Assembly: GCA_016937255.1 (NCBI GenBank)
Contig: JAFGWG010000136.1
Location: forward strand, 1-21,053
Source: Bacteroidales bacterium
GTDB taxonomy: Bacteria; Bacteroidota; Bacteroidia; Bacteroidales; DTU049
Direction: 5' to 3'
Length of the DNA: 21,053 nt
Under the pieces are notes generated by a model. That model was not told where the DNA came from and did no database searches. It was given only the letters and a program-made list of their open reading frames with translations. The position numbers and the translations under genes were made by a program. How positions within the stretch are numbered: position 1 is the first letter of the stretch; each line of letters starts with the position of its first letter. Of this stretch, positions 17,144 to 21,053 are shown one piece after another.

Positions 17144-19603
17144 ATGAAGATATCATATAATTGGCTGAAGAACTACATCGATACCGACCTTACCATAAAT
17201 GAACTTTCAGAGATTCTAACCGATATAGGTTTGGAGGTAGAAGGCGTTGAACTTTACGAAGAAATTGAAGGCAGCCTAAAAGGGATTGTGGTTGGGAAAG
17301 TGATAAAATGTGATAAAATTGAAGGCACTGATCACCTGCATCTCACCCAGGTAGATGTGGGTAGCGAAACCCTACAGATTGTTTGTGGGGCTCCCAATGT
17401 AGCCAAAGATCAAAAAGTACTGGTGGCAACTCCGGGAACTACACTATACCCAAAAGGAGGCAAACCCTTTGAAATTAAAAAGGCCAAACTCAGAGGTGTA
17501 GAAAGCAATGGAATGATCTGCGCTGAAGACGAAATCGGCGTCGGAACATCGCATGCCGGAATTATGATATTGGATGAGAAAGAAGAAATTGGCAAGAATG
17601 CTTCCGCACTTTATGATATTCAAAGTGATTATGTTTTTGAAATAGGCCTAACACCAAACCGCTCCGACGCCATGAGCCACATGGGAGTTGCCCGTGACAT
17701 TTATGCTGCTGTTTCACAAAGATACCCCGGAAAGAAAGCCAGTTTAATAGAACTTAACTTACCAGAATTCAAAAAAGATTCTAACTCACTTCCGATAGAA
17801 ATCATTGTCGAAAATCAAAACGACTGTATTCGTTATTCAGGATTAACCATGAATAATGTGAAAATCGGAGAAAGTCCACGCTGGATGAAAAATTATTTGC
17901 AAGCTATTGGATTAAGACCAGTAAACGCAGTTGTGGATATTACTCAATTTGTTATGCTTGAATGCGGGCAGCCTCTTCATGCTTTTGATTTTGATAAAGT
18001 AAGTGGTGGAAAAGTGATTGTCAAAAACTTACCCAACGACGCGAAATTTATCACCCTCGATGAAGTAGAACGCAAACTTTCATCAGAGGATCTAATGATT
18101 TGCAACGAAAAACAAGGAATGTGTATTGCTGGTGTCTTTGGTGGAGCCGATTCAGGAGTAACCATGGATACTCAAAAAATATTCATTGAAAGTGCCTGCT
18201 TTCATCCTGTTAGCATACGCAAAAGTGCCAAGCGCCACGATTTGCACACCGATGCTTCTTTCCGTTTCGAACGTGGCGTAGATGCTGAACTTACTTTATA
18301 TGCTGCTAAAAGAGCCGCAAACCTAATTAAGGAAATTTGTGGTGCCGAAATCAGTTCCGACTTAATGGATATTTATCCGGTAAAAATTGAAAAAAAGAAA
18401 ATCAATATCAACCTCGATAATATTCATAAATTAATTGGTTATCCTGTTACACCGACTGCCTGCGAGAGCATACTTAAAAATCTCGATTTCAATATTCTGA
18501 AAAAAGATTCAGAAAAAGATTGGCTTATTGATGCCCCACTGAATAAAGTGGATGTAACCCGCGAATCTGATGTTGCAGAAGAGATTTTACGAATTTACGG
18601 GTATAATAATATTTCCATGCCCGAGAAAGCCAATACCGTTTTCTCTCTGCAAAATGAAAACGATGCCCATTCTTTCCGCGAGTATATTGCAGATCTGTTA
18701 AGCAATAGAGGGCTGAATGAAATCATGAATAATTCGCTCAGCAGCACACATTGGCATGAGAAAACAGGAGTCTTCAATCCTGAAACTTTTGTCCCTATGC
18801 TAAATCCACTGAGTCGCGAATTAAACATCATGCGACCATCCATGATTTCTGGTATATTACAGTCTCTTGCATATAATATTAATCGAAAAAATTCTGATTT
18901 ACAATTCTTTGAAATCGGTCGTATCTATGAAAAAGTATCGAGTGATAAGAGCAAGTCGGTAACAAAACAATATAAAGAACAAGAAACACTGGCCATAGCT
19001 ATATGCGGCAAAACTGCTCCCGAAAACTGGAAAGATAAAGAAGAAAAAAGCTCTTATTATACATTGAAATCTGTTTTAGAGTTTCTTTTCTCACGATGTG
19101 GAATTGACGGTGAACTGCAATTTGCAGACACACATTCAAAACTATTTGCAATGGGTGCTTCATACAAATGGAAAGACAATTCTCTTGCAGAATTTGGAAT
19201 GATAATGCCCAATATTGCTGCACAAAGCGATATTGATATCTCTGTTTTTTACGCAGAAATCAATCTTGAATTATTCCTGAAAATATATGGAAAGAGCAAA
19301 ACAGAATTTCAAGAAATTCCTAAATTTCCGGAAGTTCGTCGCGATTTATCCATCCTCATTAATAAAGATACTCGATTTACAGACATTGAAAAAGTAGCCC
19401 TTGATGCAGATAAAAAACTACTTAAAGAACTTAGCCTTTTCGATGTTTATACCGATGAGAAACTTGGCGCAGACAAAAAAAGCTATGCTCTTAGTTTCAT
19501 TTTTCGCCACGAAGAAAAAACGCTCACCGACAAAGAATGCGACAAAAGCATGGAGAGAATTAGCAAGGCATTACAAAGCATCTTTAATGCTGACCTTCGC
19601 TAA
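17144..19603 (+). CDS. pheT: Phenylalanine--tRNA ligase beta subunit
   Basis: 819 aa. N-terminal tRNA-binding OB domain (GIVVGKVIKCDKIEGTDHLHLTQVDVG), B3/B4 and B5 domains and a C-terminal anticodon-binding-like domain. Start MKISYNWLKNYIDTD is canonical for PheT. pheS is not adjacent, as in many Bacteroidota. Confidence 0.95.
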   Translation: MKISYNWLKNYIDTDLTINELSEILTDIGLEVEGVELYEEIEGSLKGIVVGKVIKCDKIEGTDHLHLTQVDVGSETLQIVCGAPNVAKDQKVLVATPGTTLYPKGGKPFEIKKAKLRGVESNGMICAEDEIGVGTSHAGIMILDEKEEIGKNASALYDIQSDYVFEIGLTPNRSDAMSHMGVARDIYAAVSQRYPGKKASLIELNLPEFKKDSNSLPIEIIVENQNDCIRYSGLTMNNVKIGESPRWMKNYLQAIGLRPVNAVVDITQFVMLECGQPLHAFDFDKVSGGKVIVKNLPNDAKFITLDEVERKLSSEDLMICNEKQGMCIAGVFGGADSGVTMDTQKIFIESACFHPVSIRKSAKRHDLHTDASFRFERGVDAELTLYAAKRAANLIKEICGAEISSDLMDIYPVKIEKKKININLDNIHKLIGYPVTPTACESILKNLDFNILKKDSEKDWLIDAPLNKVDVTRESDVAEEILRIYGYNNISMPEKANTVFSLQNENDAHSFREYIADLLSNRGLNEIMNNSLSSTHWHEKTGVFNPETFVPMLNPLSRELNIMRPSMISGILQSLAYNINRKNSDLQFFEIGRIYEKVSSDKSKSVTKQYKEQETLAIAICGKTAPENWKDKEEKSSYYTLKSVLEFLFSRCGIDGELQFADTHSKLFAMGASYKWKDNSLAEFGMIMPNIAAQSDIDISVFYAEINLELFLKIYGKSKTEFQEIPKFPEVRRDLSILINKDTRFTDIEKVALDADKKLLKELSLFDVYTDEKLGADKKSYALSFIFRHEEKTLTDKECDKSMERISKALQSIFNADLR

Positions 19604-19744
19604 TTACTAAATTGCGGAAGTATTGAGAAAAAAACACTCCCTTATAAAGTCCTGCGAAGAAAATATATTTCACTCCTTAGCTATTGATCAGCACTCTCTC
19701 AAGTGATATTTCCTTATCATATCCCACGCCTATTGTAAAGAATA

Positions 19745-19776
19745 TTTGTTTTTTGATACAATAGATGCTATATTTG
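19745..19776 (+). promoter_or_regulatory. Bacteroidota-type promoter for the Fic gene: -33 TTTG (19745-19748), 20-nt spacer, -7 TATATTTG (19769-19776)
   Basis: Consensus spacing TTTG-N20-TAnnTTTG. The -7 box ends 32 nt before the ATG. Confidence 0.35.
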
Positions 19777-19802
19777 TAAAGAAAATTGGAAAATCTTTAC
19801 AA
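19774..19802. promoter_or_regulatory. 9-bp perfect inverted repeat TTGTAAAGA-11nt-TCTTTACAA overlapping the Fic -7 box/TSS and ending 6 nt before the start codon. A third TTGTAAAGA copy lies at 19734-19742.
   Basis: Read directly from the sequence. The arms are 19774-19782 and 19794-19802. This is a candidate operator or mRNA 5' hairpin. Confidence 0.35.
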
Positions 19803-19808
19803 TAAACC

Positions 19809-20873
19809 ATGTATAAAGTCATAAATTTACCGGTAGAAATTGAATTGGAAACCAAGCCAATTCTTAAGAGTCTTCCATCTGCACATGCTGCATTGGCAGA
19901 ATTAAAAGGTGTTGCTTCAGGTATTCCGAACCAAAGCATTTTAATCAATACACTAGGTTTACAGGAAGCGAAAGACAGTTCTGCTATCGAAAATATCATT
20001 ACTACCCACGATGATTTGTACAAATCTGGATTGAATTTGGGTAATCTAAAGTCTCTGGATGCAAAAGAAATTCAGAATTATGTATCTGCCTTGAAAACCG
20101 GGTTTGAATTAATTTCTGAAACAGGATTAATTACCAATAAATCTATTTTGAAAGTCCAGGAGGTGTTGGAACAGAATAATGCCGGCTATAGAAAGCAGGC
20201 AGGCACAAAACTGATGAATGACAAAACCGGACAGATTGTTTATACGCCACCTCAGGGATATGAAGAAATAATTAGCCTGATGTCGAATCTGGAAAAATTT
20301 ATCAATGATCCCGATGTTTGCGACTGCGATCCCCTGGTAAAAATGGCGGTGATACATTTTCAGTTTGAAAGCATACATCCATTTTATGACGGCAACGGCA
20401 GAACAGGAAGAATTTTGAATATTCTGTATCTTATCATGCAAAACTTGCAAACACTACCCATCTTATATTTAAGCAGTTATATCATTCAACATAAGGCCGA
20501 TTATTATCGTTTGCTGCAAAAGGTTAGAGAGGAAAATTCATGGGAAGAATGGATTCTTTTCATTGTGAAAGGAGTGGAACAAACTGCCCGTGAAACCATT
20601 TCGCTCATTTCTGAAATGAAAGCACTGATGCAGGAGTACAAATTTAAAATACGTGGTAATTACAAATTCTACAGTCAAGAGCTACTGAATAATCTATTTA
20701 AACATCCGTACACCAAAATTGAATTTGTGGTAAAAGATCTGGGGGTTTCCAGAATTACTGCTGCAAATTATCTAAACACTTTGGCTGCCGACGGTCTGCT
20801 CAGAAGAGAAAAGCTGGGCGCTGCAAACTATTATGTGAATGAGAAATTATTTGCTCTATTGACGAGGAGGTAA
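19809..20873 (+). CDS. Fic family protein (class II, N-terminal inhibitory helix, C-terminal wHTH), a putative AMP transferase
   Basis: Fic motif HPFYDGNGRTGR at aa 190-201 (nt 20376-20411). Inhibitory motif [ST]xxxE[GN] = SSAIEN at aa 57-62 (nt 19977-19994), N-terminal to the Fic core. A C-terminal ~70-aa wHTH-like segment (GVSRITAANYLNTLAADGLLRRE) follows. 354 aa. Confidence 0.9.
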   Translation: MYKVINLPVEIELETKPILKSLPSAHAALAELKGVASGIPNQSILINTLGLQEAKDSSAIENIITTHDDLYKSGLNLGNLKSLDAKEIQNYVSALKTGFELISETGLITNKSILKVQEVLEQNNAGYRKQAGTKLMNDKTGQIVYTPPQGYEEIISLMSNLEKFINDPDVCDCDPLVKMAVIHFQFESIHPFYDGNGRTGRILNILYLIMQNLQTLPILYLSSYIIQHKADYYRLLQKVREENSWEEWILFIVKGVEQTARETISLISEMKALMQEYKFKIRGNYKFYSQELLNNLFKHPYTKIEFVVKDLGVSRITAANYLNTLAADGLLRREKLGAANYYVNEKLFALLTRR

Positions 20874-20887
20874 AAGCTTTGCAACTT

Positions 20888-20933
20888 CCAAATATTACGC
20901 CCATATATGGATTGCAATTCCAATTATTACGCC
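20888..20933. repeat. Repeat cluster downstream of Fic: direct repeat CCAA(A/T)TATTACGCC (20888-20901 and 20920-20933) flanking the perfect palindrome CCATATATGG (20901-20910)
   Basis: Seen directly in the sequence. The function is unknown: possibly an operator for the next, out-of-window gene or a recombination site. Confidence 0.25.
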
Positions 20934-21053
20934 AATAAAGAGATTTGTATTTTCGCCCATGCCTTCCATGATCCTCATGTCTTCGGAACGATGACAAGCT
21001 GCCTACGCATCGAAAAATCACTCCCCATAAAACATCTCCACCAAACACTGAGC

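Noticed and set aside
20800-21048. 82-aa minus-strand ORF overlapping the Fic 3' end
   Set aside because: It has an His/Arg/Gly-rich low-complexity translation, overlaps the Fic stop region and has no upstream promoter motif, so it is likely spurious. The region is better explained as a non-coding repeat cluster.

Overview
This looks like a chromosomal segment from a Bacteroidota genome. The evidence is a type IX secretion (T9SS) type-B C-terminal sorting domain, a PorP/SprF partner gene, Bacteroides-type TAnnTTTG -7 promoter boxes, and AT-rich DNA. Gene content from left to right: (1) a secreted C69 cysteine dipeptidase. (2) A minus-strand NfeD/YqiJ-like membrane protein and flotillin (SPFH) pair, ending in a clear bidirectional terminator hairpin. 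(3) A seven-gene minus-strand efflux operon: TetR regulator, TolC-like outer-membrane factor, HlyD-like membrane fusion protein, two single-domain ABC ATPases and two ABC-2 permeases, all tightly packed or overlapping. (4) A divergently transcribed 909-aa T9SS cargo protein. It has an unassigned N-terminal domain, a PKD-like domain, seven tandem ~70-aa Ig-like repeats and a type-B T9SS C-terminal domain. Its cognate PorP/SprF gene lies immediately downstream. (5) A convergent 678-aa secreted HEXXH protein, likely a zinc metallopeptidase of unassigned family. (6) pheT. (7) A class II Fic protein with an N-terminal inhibitory helix and a C-terminal winged helix-turn-helix (wHTH), preceded by an inverted repeat overlapping its promoter. 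I found no rRNA, tRNA, CRISPR array or obvious transposase. I do not see a complete textbook defense or mobile system. The parts most worth a second look are the Fic locus and its flanking repeats, the asymmetric ATP sites of the split ABC pair, the repeat-rich T9SS adhesin-like cargo with its PorP partner, and the unclassified HEXXH protein.
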